Assembly (NCBI GenBank): GCA_963766715.1 | Contig: CAVYBH010000015.1 | Coordinates: 352,001-416,000, forward strand | DNA from: an uncultured delta proteobacterium | GTDB lineage: Bacteria; Myxococcota; Myxococcia; Myxococcales; Anaeromyxobacteraceae | Direction: 5' to 3' | DNA length: 64,000 bases | In this document: one piece after another, positions 43,179-55,474 of the stretch | Layout: each line of letters opens with the position of its first letter | Position numbering within the stretch: position 1 is the first letter of the stretch | Translations under genes and position numbers: made by a program | Notes under the pieces: generated by a model | Told to the model about the DNA's origin: nothing | The model's database searches: none | What the model saw: only the letters and a program-made list of their open reading frames with translations

Positions 43179-45049
43179 ATGAAGCTCCGCGCCGCAGCCG
43201 TCTCCTTCCTGAACGCGCGCCCCCTCACCGCGGGGCTCGCCGGCAGTCCCCTCATCGACCTGGTGCTGGCCGAGCCCTCGCTGTGCGCCTCGATGCTCGA
43301 GGCCGGCGACGTGGACCTGGCGCTCCTCCCGGTGGGCGCGCTGCCCGGGCGCGACTGGGAGGTGGTGCCGGGCATCGGCATCGGCGCCGACGGGCCGGTG
43401 CAGACCGTGGTGCTCGCCGGCGAGGAGCCGCCCGAGCGCGTGGGACGAGGTCTTCCTCGACACCGCCTCGCGCACCTCGCAGATCCTGGCCCAGCTGGTG
43501 ATGCGCGAGCGCGGCCTCTCGCCCCGCTACACGCACATGCCCGCGCTCGAGGGGCTGGCCCGCGCCGTCGGGCCCGAAGGGGGCGCTGGTCATCGGCGAC
43601 CGGGCCTTCGACGTGAGGAAGAAGGTGGTCCTCGACCTCGCCCGCGAGTGGAACCGGCTCACGAAGCTCCCCATGGTCTTCGCCGTCTGGGCGGCGCGGC
43701 CCGGCGCGCTCCGCCCCGAGGACGTCCAGGAGCTGGCCCGCGGCGCGCAGGTCGGGCTGGGGATGCGCACCGAGCTGGCCCAGCAGTTCGCCCGCGAGGC
43801 CGGCGGCGATCCGGAGGCCTACCGCCGCTACCTGACCCAGAAGATCCGCTACGGCCTGGGGCCCCACGAGCTCGACGGGCTGGAGGCCTTCCTCTCCCGC
43901 GCCGCCGAGGCCGGCCTGGTCCCGCCCACGGCGCTGCGCTTCGCCGACGACGTGGTGCGCAGCCGCCGCATCCGCCGCGCGGTGTCGATCGACCTGGCCC
44001 TGCAGAAGGGGGCCGACGGCGTCCGCCTCGACCCCGACGAGGCCGAGGCGCTCGACGAGAAGGCGCCGCTGCTCGAGCTGGGGCTGGCCGCCGACATGCG
44101 CCGCCGCGCGCTCCACCCGGACGGCGTGGTCACCTACATCGTGTCGCGCAACATGAACTACACGAACGTGTGCACCACGGCGTGCTCGTTCTGCGCGTTC
44201 TACCGCCCCCGCGGCCACGGCGAGGCCTACGTCCTCGACCGCGGCCAGATGGCGAGGAAGATCGAGGAGACGCTGGCGCTGGGCGGCATCGAGATCCTGC
44301 TGCAGGGCGGCCTCCACCCCGACCTGGGCGTCGAGTGGTACGAGGACCTCTTCCGCTGGGTGAAGTCCACCTACCCGGCCATCAACCTGCACGCGCTCTC
44401 TCCCGAGGAGATCTGGCACATCGCCCGCACCAGCCAGCTGTCGCTCGACGCCACCGTCGACCGGCTGGTGGCGGCCGGGCTCGACTCGATCCCGGGCGGC
44501 GGGGCCGAGGTGCTCGACGACGAGGTGCGCCGGCGCATCGCCCCGCTCAAGTGCTCCACCGACGAGTGGCTCACGGTCATGCGGGCCGCCCACCTCAAGG
44601 GGCTGAGGAGCACCGCCACGCTGATGTTCGGCGTGGGCGAGGACTCCCGGCAGCGCGTGAACCACTTCCTCCGGCTGCGCGAGCTGCAGGACGAGACCCA
44701 GGGGTTCACCGCCTTCATCTGCTGGACGTTCCAGCCGGAGAACACGCGGCTCGATCCGTCGGACAACAGCGCCCACGCCTACCTGCGCGTGAACGCGCTG
44801 GCCCGGCTGGTCCTCGACAACGTGCCCAACTTCCAGGCCTCCTGGGTGACCATGGGCGGCGGCGTCGCCCAGGCCTCGCTCCACATGGGCTGCAACGACT
44901 TCGGCAGCGTGATGATCGAGGAGAACGTGGTGAGCGCGGCGGGGACCACCTTCCAGATGGACTCGGAGGAGGTCGAGCGCCACATCCGCGACGCCGGGTT
45001 CCAGCCGGCGCGCCGCAACATGCGCTACCAGCTCATCGGGCAGGCCTAG
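43179..45049 (+). CDS. mqnC: Apparent MqnA (chorismate dehydratase)-MqnC (cyclic dehypoxanthine futalosine synthase) fusion; two frameshifts in the MqnA part
   Basis: MqnA motifs VSFLNARPL, SRTS, LVIGDRA, LPMVFAVW; the MqnA C-terminal half continues in frame into NYTNVCTTACSFCAF, FICWTFQP, QASWVT, NDFGSVMIEENVVSAAG. Confidence 0.8.
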
Positions 45050-45058
45050 GGATCCCGC

Positions 45059-46268
45059 GTGCCCGTCCGCGTCGTCGCCGCGCCCTGGGTGCTTCCCGGA
45101 CCGGACGCCGCCCCCTGGGCCGACGGCGCGGTCGCGCTCGACGGCGACCGGGTCGTCGACGCGGGGCCGCGCGCCGAGGTCGAGGCGCGCCACGGCCCGG
45201 CCGGGCCGATCGACGCGGTGATCCTCCCGGCGCTGGTGAACGCGCACCTCCACCTGGAGCTCACCCACCTGGCCGGGAGGGTGCCCGGGCGGCGGCGGCC
45301 TGGTCCGGTGGATCGAGGCGCTGGTGGCGGCCCGGGCGCGCGGCGGGGCCATCGAGGAGGGCATGGCCCGGGGCGCGGCGGCGCTGCGCGAGGCGGGCGT
45401 GGCCGCGGTGGGCGACGTGACGAACGGCCTCGGGTCCGGGACGTCACCTGGCGCACGAGGGGATCGCCGGCACGCTCTTCCTCGAGATCTACGGATTCTC
45501 CGAGGAGCGGGCCGGCGAGCGCGCTGCGGCTGGCCGGCGAGCTCCGGGCGCGGATGGGCGATCCGGGCCCGGGCCTCCGCGTGGCGCCGAGCCCGCACGC
45601 CGTCTACTCCACCCACCTCCCCACCGCCGCCTCGCTGCTCCGGGCGGGGCCGGCGTCAATCCACCTCGCCGAGGTGCCCGAGGAGCGCCGGTTCGTCGCC
45701 GAGGCGTCCGGCCCCTTCGCCGATCTCGTGCTGCGGCTCGGGCTCGCCGCCCGGCGAGCTCCGCCCCTTCGCCCGGTCTCCGGTGGCCGCGGTCGCGGCC
45801 CACCTCGGGCCGGAGTCGCTGGTGGTGCACGCGGTGGACGTGGACGACGAGGACCTGGCCGCGCTGCGCCGGTCCGGCGCCACCGTGGTGCTCTGCCCGC
45901 GGTCGAACCGGCACATCTCCGGCGTCCTCCCCGACCTGCCGCGGCTGCTCGCGGCCGGCATCCCGCTCGCCGTCGGGACCGACTCGCTCGCCTCGTCGCC
46001 GTCCCTCTCGCCGCTCGAGGAGCTGGCGGTGCTGCACCGGGCCTTCCCGGAGGTCGACCCGCGGCGCCATCGCTCGCGCTGGCGCTGGAACGGCGCCGCG
46101 GTGGGCGCCCCGGCGGTGGGACGGCTCTCCCCGGGCTCGGCTCCCGGCGTGCTCGCCGCTCCGCTCCGCGGCGAGCGGCCCGCCGACCCGTTCGCCTGGC
46201 TCCTCGAGAACGCGCCCCCTCGCCCCTTCGAGTGGCTCGCCCGCCACCGGCCGGAGTCCCGCGCATGA
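45059..46268 (+). CDS. Amidohydrolase, probable aminodeoxyfutalosine deaminase (frameshifted)
   Basis: VNAHLHLEL, PHAVYS, IHLAE, CPRSN, GTDSLAS; lies within the mqn operon. Confidence 0.7.
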
Positions 46269-47135
46269 CCGTCGGCGCCGTCGCACGAATGGTGAAGTTC
46301 TCCCACTCCCTCTTCGCGCTGCCCTTCGCGGTGAGCGCGGTGGTGCTGGTGGCCGGGCAGGCCACCCTCGACCCGGTCCGGCTGGGCCTCGTCGCGCTGG
46401 CCGTGGTGGCGGCGCGCACGGCCGCCATGGCCATGAACCGCATCGCCGACCGGCGGTTCGACGCGGCGAACCCGCGAACCCAGGCCCGGGAGCTGGTCAC
46501 CGGCGAGGTCTCGCCCGCGTCGGCCCGGCTCCTGCTCGCGGCGTCGAGCCTCGCCTTCGTCGCGGCGGCGGCGCTCATCTCCCCGCTCACCGGCTGGCTC
46601 GCGCTGCCGGTGCTCGCCATCCTGCTCGGCTACTCCTACGCCAAGCGCTTCACCTGGGCGTGCCACCTCTGGCTCGGCGTGGCCCAGGCGCTCGGGCCGA
46701 TCGGCGTGGCCATCGCGCTCACCGGAACCGCGCCGCCGGCGGCGCTGCTGCTCGGCCTGGGCGTGGGCGCCTGGATCGGCGGCTTCGACGTCTTCTACTC
46801 GATGCAGGACATGGAGTTCGACCGCTCGCAGGGGCTCGAGTCCATCCCGGCCCGCTTCGGGATCGACGGGCGCGCTGGGCTGGGCCCGCGGGCTCCACGC
46901 GCTCGGCGTGGCCGCCATCCTGGCCGCCGGCTCGGTGGGGCGGCAGGGGCCGTCCTGGTTCCTGGGCACGGCCATCCTGGCGGCGGTCCTCCTCGCCGAG
47001 CACCTCTACGTGGCGCCCCACGGCGAGCTCCGGCCGGAGCGGATCGGCAAGGCCTTCTTCGACTTCAACGCCTTCGCCTCGGTGGCCTTCGCGCTCTGCG
47101 CCATCGCCGGCCTGCTGCTGCGGGGGCACGCATGA
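46265..47135 (+). CDS. UbiA-family prenyltransferase (MqnP-like; frameshift near 46870)
   Basis: KFSHSLFALPFA, NRIADRRFDAANPRT, YSYAKRFT, GFDVFYSMQD, SIPARFG. Confidence 0.85.
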
Positions 47136-47728
47136 GCCCCTCGGGCGGCGGCGCGGCCTCGCCGTTGCCGGCTCCGGCGTCCGGCGTCCGCCGGGCGGAG
47201 CTCCGGGCCGCGGACGCGGTGGGCGCGCTCATGGAGCTGTGGGGCTTCAAGCGGCAGCTCGGTCGCGTCTGGACCATCCTCTTCCTGTCGGAGCAGCCGC
47301 TCGGCGCGGCCGAGGCCTGCGAGCGGCTGGGCATCTCCACGGGGCTGCTCTCCATGTCCCTCGCCGAGCTGCGGGCCTGGGGCGCGGTCCGGAACGTCCC
47401 GGTCCCCGGCGAGCGCCGCGAGCGCTACGCGGCCGAGGTCGACGTGTGGCGCATGGTGCAGCGGGTGCTGGGGACGCGGGAGCGCCTGGCGCTCGACCGC
47501 GCCCTCGCCGCGTTCCAGGAGTCCCTGGCCGAGCTCCGCGCCTCGATGGTGGACGCCGACCCCGAGGTCCGCGCCGCGGCCCGGTTCCGGGTCGAGCGGC
47601 TGGAGCGGCTCGTGGCGCTGACGCGCGGCGCGGTCGGCCTCCTGGGCGCGCTCCTCCAGAGCGCGCGCGTGGACCTCTCCCCGCTGAAGGCCCTCTCCGA
47701 CGCCATCGCCGGCCGGCGCAGGACCTAG
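47132..47728 (+). CDS. GbsR/MarR-like winged-helix regulator
   Basis: MELWGFKRQLGRVWTILFLS...LGISTGLLSMSLAELRAWGAV...RERY. Confidence 0.75.
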   Translation: MSPSGGGAASPLPAPASGVRRAELRAADAVGALMELWGFKRQLGRVWTILFLSEQPLGAAEACERLGISTGLLSMSLAELRAWGAVRNVPVPGERRERYAAEVDVWRMVQRVLGTRERLALDRALAAFQESLAELRASMVDADPEVRAAARFRVERLERLVALTRGAVGLLGALLQSARVDLSPLKALSDAIAGRRRT

Positions 47729-47741
47729 GCGCCGCGAGGCG

Positions 47742-49066
47742 TCAGTCGGCGAGCGCCCGGAGCGCCGCCTCCACCGCGCGGGCCGAGATCTCCTCGGGGT
47801 CGAGGCCGAGGGGGATCCCTTCCCGGAGGCGGACCTCGCCGGCGACCACGACCCAGGCCGCGGGCGCGCCCGCCCAGAGCACCGCGGCGTCGCCCCCGCG
47901 CCCCTCCGGCACCACCGCGCCCGGTCGCCACTCCAGCAGGACCAGGTCGGCCGCCGCGCCGGCCTCGATCGCGCCGAGCCGCGCGCCCAGGAGCTGACCG
48001 GCCAGGGCTGGCGCCGGTGGGCCAGACCGAGTCGGCGAGGAACTCCGCGGGCGGGGGCGAGGCCGAACGCCGGACCCGGAGCTGGGCGGCCAGCTCCACG
48101 GCCTCCCCGGCCAGGTCGGGGAAGATCCCGTCGGTGCCGAGCGCCACGGGCGCCTCCACGGCGGCCGCGATCTCCAGGCTCAGGGCGGGCGCGCCCCAGA
48201 AGCGCGCGGCCCGGAGCGGCGCCACGAGCACGGCGTCGGCCGCCCGGACCGCCTCCGCCTCCGGCGTCGCGAGCGTGGTCATGTGGGCGAGCACGGTCCG
48301 CGGCCCCAGCAGCCCGGCGTCGTCGAGCATCTGCACCGGCCACTTCTGATCGAGACCCCAGGCGCGATCCAGGTCGGCGCCGTCCTCCTCGAGGGCGGCG
48401 TGGAGGCCGAAGCGGGCGGCCGGCTCGGCCAGCGCGTGGAGCGTGTCCCGGGTGGTGGCGTGAAGGCCGTCGAGCCCCGCCATGCCGCGCACCATGGGGA
48501 TCGGCGGCGCGAGGCGTCGCGAAGTCGAGCGCGGCTCGCGCCGAGGCGCGGCCGCGGTCGGCCCCGCCCAGGTCGCTCGCGCCATGGGCCAGCACCGCGC
48601 GGATGCCGATCCGGCGGACCGCACGCTCGGCGGCGAGCAGGGTGTCGAGCTCCGCGCCCGGGGCGCCCCGCTCCAGCCCGAGCACGGTGGTCGTCCCGGC
48701 CCGGAGCGCGGCCAGCGCGGCAGCCGCGGCGAGCGCCTCCACCTCGGCCGGGCCGAGCCGCTCCTCGACCGGCCTGCGGAAGCCCTGGCGGAGGGCCTTC
48801 GGCGAGCCGGGGTAGCGGGCGGGCAGCCCCGCGAAGCGAAGGAGCTGGCCCAGGGCCAGGTGGGTGTGGGCGTCGACGCAGCCGGGGACGAGGAGCCGGC
48901 CCGCCGCGTCGATCTCCCAGTCGCCGGGCTCGGGCGGAACGGCCTCGCCCGCCAGGGCCACGCGGAGGATCCGGTCGCCCTGCACGACGACGGTGGCCTC
49001 CGCGACGGGCGGGTCGCGCACGAGCCGGGCGCGGCGGATGACGAGGCGGGTCTGCACCGGCGACAT
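47742..49066 (-). CDS. Amidohydrolase family protein (frameshifted)
   Basis: IDAAGRLLVPGCVDAHTHL, GTTTV, LAH, LGTDG, ADLVLL. Confidence 0.7.
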
Positions 49067-49126
49067 CCTCCCCCGCGTCCTTCCCCTCGTAAAGCCTGGG
49101 GATTCAGCCGGCGCCCCGTCCGGGAC

Positions 49127-49166
49127 TTGCCGGGTGATGTCGAATTGATATCATTTCGACATCACC
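49127..49166 (+). promoter_or_regulatory. Promoter overlapped by a 34-bp palindromic operator
   Basis: TTGCCG-N16-TATCAT; GGTGATGTCGAA-T-TGATATCA-T-TTCGACATCACC at 49133-49166. Confidence 0.75.
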
Positions 49167-49181
49167 TCAGGAGACCCCAAG

Positions 49182-50051
49182 ATGATCCGTGAAAAGGAGC
49201 TGCACCCCCCCAGTGGCATCACCTTCCTGGTCTTCCTCGTGCCCGCCGTCATCGGCTCGGTGGGGATGTTCATCTTCGCGGCGAAGAACCTGCTGCCCGT
49301 CGCCGTCCTCGTCGCGTGCGGGCTGACGATCGTGCTCCTCGGCCTGCTCTCCGCCGGGCTCTTCGTCGTGAACCCCAACGAGGCGAAGGTGCTGCAGCTC
49401 TTCGGCAACTACGCGGGCTCGGCGCGCGAGCCCGGCCTGCGCTGGGCGAACCCCTTCTACACGAAGAGGAAGGTGTCGCTCCGGGTGGTCTCCTTCGAGT
49501 CGAGCAAGCTCAAGGTGAACGACCTCGACGGCAACCCGGTGGAGATCGCGGCCATCGTGGTCTGGAAGGTCGTGGACAGCGCGGAGGCCGCCTTCCAGGT
49601 GGACGACTACGCGGAGTACGTGCGCGTCCAGAGCGAGGCCGCCCTGCGCGGGCTGGCGTCGCGCTACCCGTACGACGCCCACGACGAGGAGAAGACCTCG
49701 CTGCGCGGCGCCACCGCGCTCGTCGCCGAGCAGCTGCAGAAGGAGGTCCAGGAGCGCGTGAAGGCGGCCGGGGTCCAGGTGCTCGAGGCCCGCATCAGCC
49801 ACCTCGCCTACGCCCCGGAGATCGCCCAGGCCATGCTGCAGCGGCAGCAGGCCGCCGCCATCATCGCCGCCCGGACCCGCATCGTGGAGGGCGCGGTCAG
49901 CATGGTGGAGATGGCCCTCGAGCGGCTCGAGAAGCACGGCACCGTCCACCTCGACGAGGAGCGCAAGGCCGCCATGGTCTCGAACCTCCTGGTGGTGCTC
50001 TGCGGCGACCGGGCGGCGCACCCGGTCATCAACGCCGGAACGCTCTACTAG
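49182..50051 (+). CDS. SPFH/band 7 domain protein
   Basis: Two TM helices; [43 protein letters not shown]. Confidence 0.9.
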   Translation: MIREKELHPPSGITFLVFLVPAVIGSVGMFIFAAKNLLPVAVLVACGLTIVLLGLLSAGLFVVNPNEAKVLQLFGNYAGSAREPGLRWANPFYTKRKVSLRVVSFESSKLKVNDLDGNPVEIAAIVVWKVVDSAEAAFQVDDYAEYVRVQSEAALRGLASRYPYDAHDEEKTSLRGATALVAEQLQKEVQERVKAAGVQVLEARISHLAYAPEIAQAMLQRQQAAAIIAARTRIVEGAVSMVEMALERLEKHGTVHLDEERKAAMVSNLLVVLCGDRAAHPVINAGTLY

Positions 50052-50061
50052 GCGGCGACCC

Positions 50062-50256
50062 TTGGCGGAGCGGAAGCCCTTCCTGTTGCGGATGGACCCC
50101 CGGGTCCTCGAGGCCCTCCAGCGCTGGGCCGACGACGACCTGCGCAGCCTGAACGGGGAGATCGAGTACCTCCTCCGGCGCGCGCTCCACGACGCGGGGC
50201 GCACGCCGAAGGCGGACGGCGAGGGCGGGGGCGGCGCGGGGAAGGACGGGCGCTAG
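50062..50256 (+). CDS. Arc-like ribbon-helix-helix DNA-binding protein
   Basis: [39 protein letters not shown]. Confidence 0.8.
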   Translation: MAERKPFLLRMDPRVLEALQRWADDDLRSLNGEIEYLLRRALHDAGRTPKADGEGGGGAGKDGR

Positions 50257-50304
50257 GCGGCGCGCCTTGCCCCCCGCGCGTGGGGGCGGTAAGAAACCGC
50301 TCCC

Positions 50305-51419
50305 ATGCTGTCGCCAGAGGTCCTCCAGAAGCTGGAATCGATCGAGCGCCGCTTCGAGGAGCTGACGCACCACCTCTCCGATCCGGCGGTGGCCTCCTCC
50401 GGCGAGCGCTTCAAGAAGGTCTCGAAGGAGCGGGCCGGCCTCGAGCCGACCGTGGTGGCGCTCCGCGCCTGGCGCAAGATCCAGCAGGAGATCGCCGACA
50501 ACGAGGCCCTGCTCGCCGAGAAGGACGAGGGCATCCGGGAGATGGCCAAGGAGGAGCTGGCGGCGCTGCGCCCCGGGTCGATCCGGCCGAGGAGAACCTC
50601 AAGGTCTTCCTCATCCCCCGCGACCCGAACGACGACAAGGACGTCATCGTGGAGATCCGGGCCGGCGCCGGGGGCGACGAGGCCGGGCTCTTCGCGGCCG
50701 AGCTCCTGCGCATGTACCTCCGCTTCGCCGAGCGCCGCGGCTGGCGCTGCGAGGTGGTCGACGTCTCCGGCAGCACCATGGGCGGCGTGAAGGACGCCAC
50801 GGTCACCATCAGCGGGGACACCGTCTACTCCCTGATGAAGTACGAGTCGGGCGTCCACCGGGTCCAGCGCGTCCCCGCCACCGAGGCGCAGGGGCGCATC
50901 CACACCTCCACCGCCACCGTGACGGTCATGCCCGAGGCGGAGGAGATCGACGTCCAGGTCAACCCCGCCGACCTGGAGATCGACGTCTTCCGCTCCACCG
51001 GCTCGGGCGGCCAGAGCGTGAACACCACCGACTCCGCGGTCCGCATCACCCACAAGCCATCCGGACTCGTGGTGAAGTGCCAGCAGGAGAAGAGCCAGAC
51101 CAAGAACCGGGCCCAGGCCATGAAGATGCTGCGCGCCAAGCTCTTCGAGATCGAGATCGAGAAGCAGCGATCCTCCCGGGACGCCACCCGCAAGAGCCAG
51201 GTGGGCACCGGCGACCGCTCCGAGAAGATCCGGACCTACAACTTCCCGCAGGACCGGCTCACCGATCACCGCATCAACCACACCCGGCACAACCTGCCGG
51301 CGGTCATGGACGGCGACATCCAGGACCTGATCGACGCCTGCCGGACCCACTTCGCCGCCGAGGCCCTCAAGGAGGCCTCGAAGAGCGACTCCGCCCGGGC
51401 GGCCGAGAAGCGGGCTTGA
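50305..51419 (+). CDS. prfA: Peptide chain release factor 1 (frameshift near 50580)
   Basis: [12 protein letters not shown] (PxT), [27 protein letters not shown]. Confidence 0.95.
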
Positions 51420-51426
51420 GGACGCC

Positions 51427-52285
51427 TTGAGCGACGAGGCCTGGACCCCGCTCCGGCTCATCGCCTGGACGCAGGGCTTCTTCGCGAAGGGCGGGGTGGA
51501 CGCGCCCCGGCTCACCGCCGAGATCCTGCTCGCCCACGCGCTCTCCTGCGACCGGGTCCGGCTCTACCTGGACTTCGACAAGCCGCTCGGCGCGCCCGAG
51601 CTGGCCGCCTACCGGGAGCTGGTGCGGCGCCGCGCCGCCGGCGAGCCCACCGCCTGGCTCACCGGCCGCCGCGAGTTCCTCGGCCACCGCTTCCGGGTCG
51701 ACCCGCGCGTGCTCGTGCCGCGCCCGGAGACCGAGCTGGTCGTGGAGGCGGCCCTCGACCTCCTCCCGGAGGCCGGCGCTGCGCTCGACCTGTGCACCGG
51801 CTCGGGCTGCATCGCCGTCGTCGCTCTCGCTCTCCCGCCCCGGCGCGCGGGTGGTCGCGACCGAGCTCTCGCCCGACGCGCTGGCGGTGGCCCGGGAGAA
51901 CGCGCTCGCCCTGGGCGCCACGGTCGAGCTCCTCGAGGGGGACCTCTACGCGCCGCTGCCGCCCGACCTGCGCTTCGACCTGATCGTCTCGAACCCTCCC
52001 TACGTCCCGGCGGGCGAGATCGCCGGACTCTCCCGCGAGGTCCGGCGCGAGCCCCGGATCGCCCTCGACGGCGGCGCCGACGGTCTCGACGTGGTGCGGA
52101 GGATCGTGGCCGGCGCCCCGGCGCGGCTCCGGCCGGGGGGAGCGCTCGTCCTCGAGATGCACGAGACCCACGCCGATCCCCTCCCCGCCCTCTGCCTCGC
52201 GGCCGGGTTCGGCCAGGCCACCGTCCACCGCGATCTGGCCGCGCTTCCGCGATGGGTGGTGGCGCGCCTCCCCACCCCGGCCTAG
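51427..52285 (+). CDS. prmC: Release factor glutamine methyltransferase (frameshift near 51825)
   Basis: VLVPRPETE, DLCTGSGCIA, SNPPY, ALDGGADGL. Confidence 0.9.
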
Positions 52286-52312
52286 AATCCCCGAGCTCCG
52301 AGACCCCATCCG

Positions 52313-54244
<1,932 letters not shown>

Positions 54245-54370
54245 CGGCGCACCGCGGGCGTTGATCCGCGCGGCGCGATCTCGTTATCATCCCCGATAGC
54301 CTTCCCCGACGAGCCGACCAACCACCCCGAACCAAGAGCAGAGCCCGGTCCTGGAGGAGGACCAATTCTC

Positions 54371-54751
54371 ATGGATTGCCCACGCTGCAGTGTCGAGATG
54401 ACGGAGATCGCCGGTGACGACAGCGTCATGCAGAGGTGCTCCGACTGCGGTGGGCTCTGGGTGGAGAACTCGGACGTCAACCGGTTCCTGGTCCACGGCA
54501 ACCTGCCGGCGCTGACCGCCATCGGCGGCTTCCTGAACACCGACGAGATGGCCGGCCAGTGCCCGGCCTGCCAGGTCGACCTGGTCGAGGTCGAGGGCGG
54601 CGAGAAGAAGGCGCTGCACTACGACACCTGCGAGTCGTGCGGCGGCATCTGGGTGGAGGGGCCCGAGGAGGGCGACCTCCCCGAGACGCTCGACTGGAAG
54701 GACGCCGCCAAGCAGGTGGTCGGCTTCTACCGGCGCTTCGCGAAGAAGTAG
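54371..54751 (+). CDS. Tandem zf-TFIIB-like zinc-ribbon protein
   Basis: CPRC...CSDCGGLW and CPAC...CESCGGIW; SD GGAGGA. Confidence 0.75.
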   Translation: MDCPRCSVEMTEIAGDDSVMQRCSDCGGLWVENSDVNRFLVHGNLPALTAIGGFLNTDEMAGQCPACQVDLVEVEGGEKKALHYDTCESCGGIWVEGPEEGDLPETLDWKDAAKQVVGFYRRFAKK

Positions 54752-54776
54752 CGGCTCCGGCCGCTCGCTCGCTCCC

Positions 54777-55463
54777 TCACCAGTCGCGGTCGTCCCGCCA
54801 CGGCCAGGCCGTGTTGGAGTACCCGCGGATCTCCCAGTAGCCGCGCCGGTCGTGGGGCATGAACTCCACGCGCCGGACCCACTTCGCGCCCTTCCACGCC
54901 CAGAGCTGCGGCGTCACCACCCGGACCGGGCCGCCGTGCTCGGTGGGCAGGGGCTCGCCGTCGACCCGGTGCGCCAGGATCACGTCGGACTTGAGCGCCT
55001 CCTCGAGCGGGAGGTTGGTCGAGTACCCGTCGTAGGAGTGGAACATCACGTGGGTGGCGGCCATCGTCGGGCGCGCCAGCGCGGCCAGGGTCTCGAAGGT
55101 CACCCCCTGCCAGCGCATGTCGAGCCGGCTCCAGCCGGTCACGCAGTGGAAGTCGGAGACGTCGTCGGCCTGCGGAAGGGCGAGGAAGTCGTCCCAGCGC
55201 AGCCGCATCGGCTCCTCCACCTCTCCCTCGAGGCGGAGCTCCCACCGCTCGGTGGAGACGACCGGCTGGTCCGCGCAGTCGAGCACCGGCCAGGTGGCGA
55301 GCACGTTCTGCCGGGGAGGGACCTGCGGCATCCCGTGGCGATTCGCCGGGCCGGTTCCTTGCGGGGTCGGGTCGGAGCGGGACGGGGTGAGCGCCATGGC
55401 CTCGCCGAAGCGCCTGCGGAGCAGCGCCTTGCCTTCCTCGATCCGCTTCTCGATGTCGGTCAC
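54777..55463 (-). CDS. Sulfite oxidase-like molybdopterin oxidoreductase
   Basis: DFHCVTGWS, YSTNLPL, EHGGPVR, WKGAKW, GYWEIRGY. Confidence 0.85.
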   Translation of the reverse strand: MTDIEKRIEEGKALLRRRFGEAMALTPSRSDPTPQGTGPANRHGMPQVPPRQNVLATWPVLDCADQPVVSTERWELRLEGEVEEPMRLRWDDFLALPQADDVSDFHCVTGWSRLDMRWQGVTFETLAALARPTMAATHVMFHSYDGYSTNLPLEEALKSDVILAHRVDGEPLPTEHGGPVRVVTPQLWAWKGAKWVRRVEFMPHDRRGYWEIRGYSNTAWPWRDDRDW

Positions 55464-55474
55464 GGGGTGGGAGT

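Noticed and set aside
50560..50600. Programmed frameshift in the release factor gene
   Set aside because: The gene is RF1 (PAT motif), not RF2; there is no CTT-TGA slippery site, and similar indels occur throughout the window.
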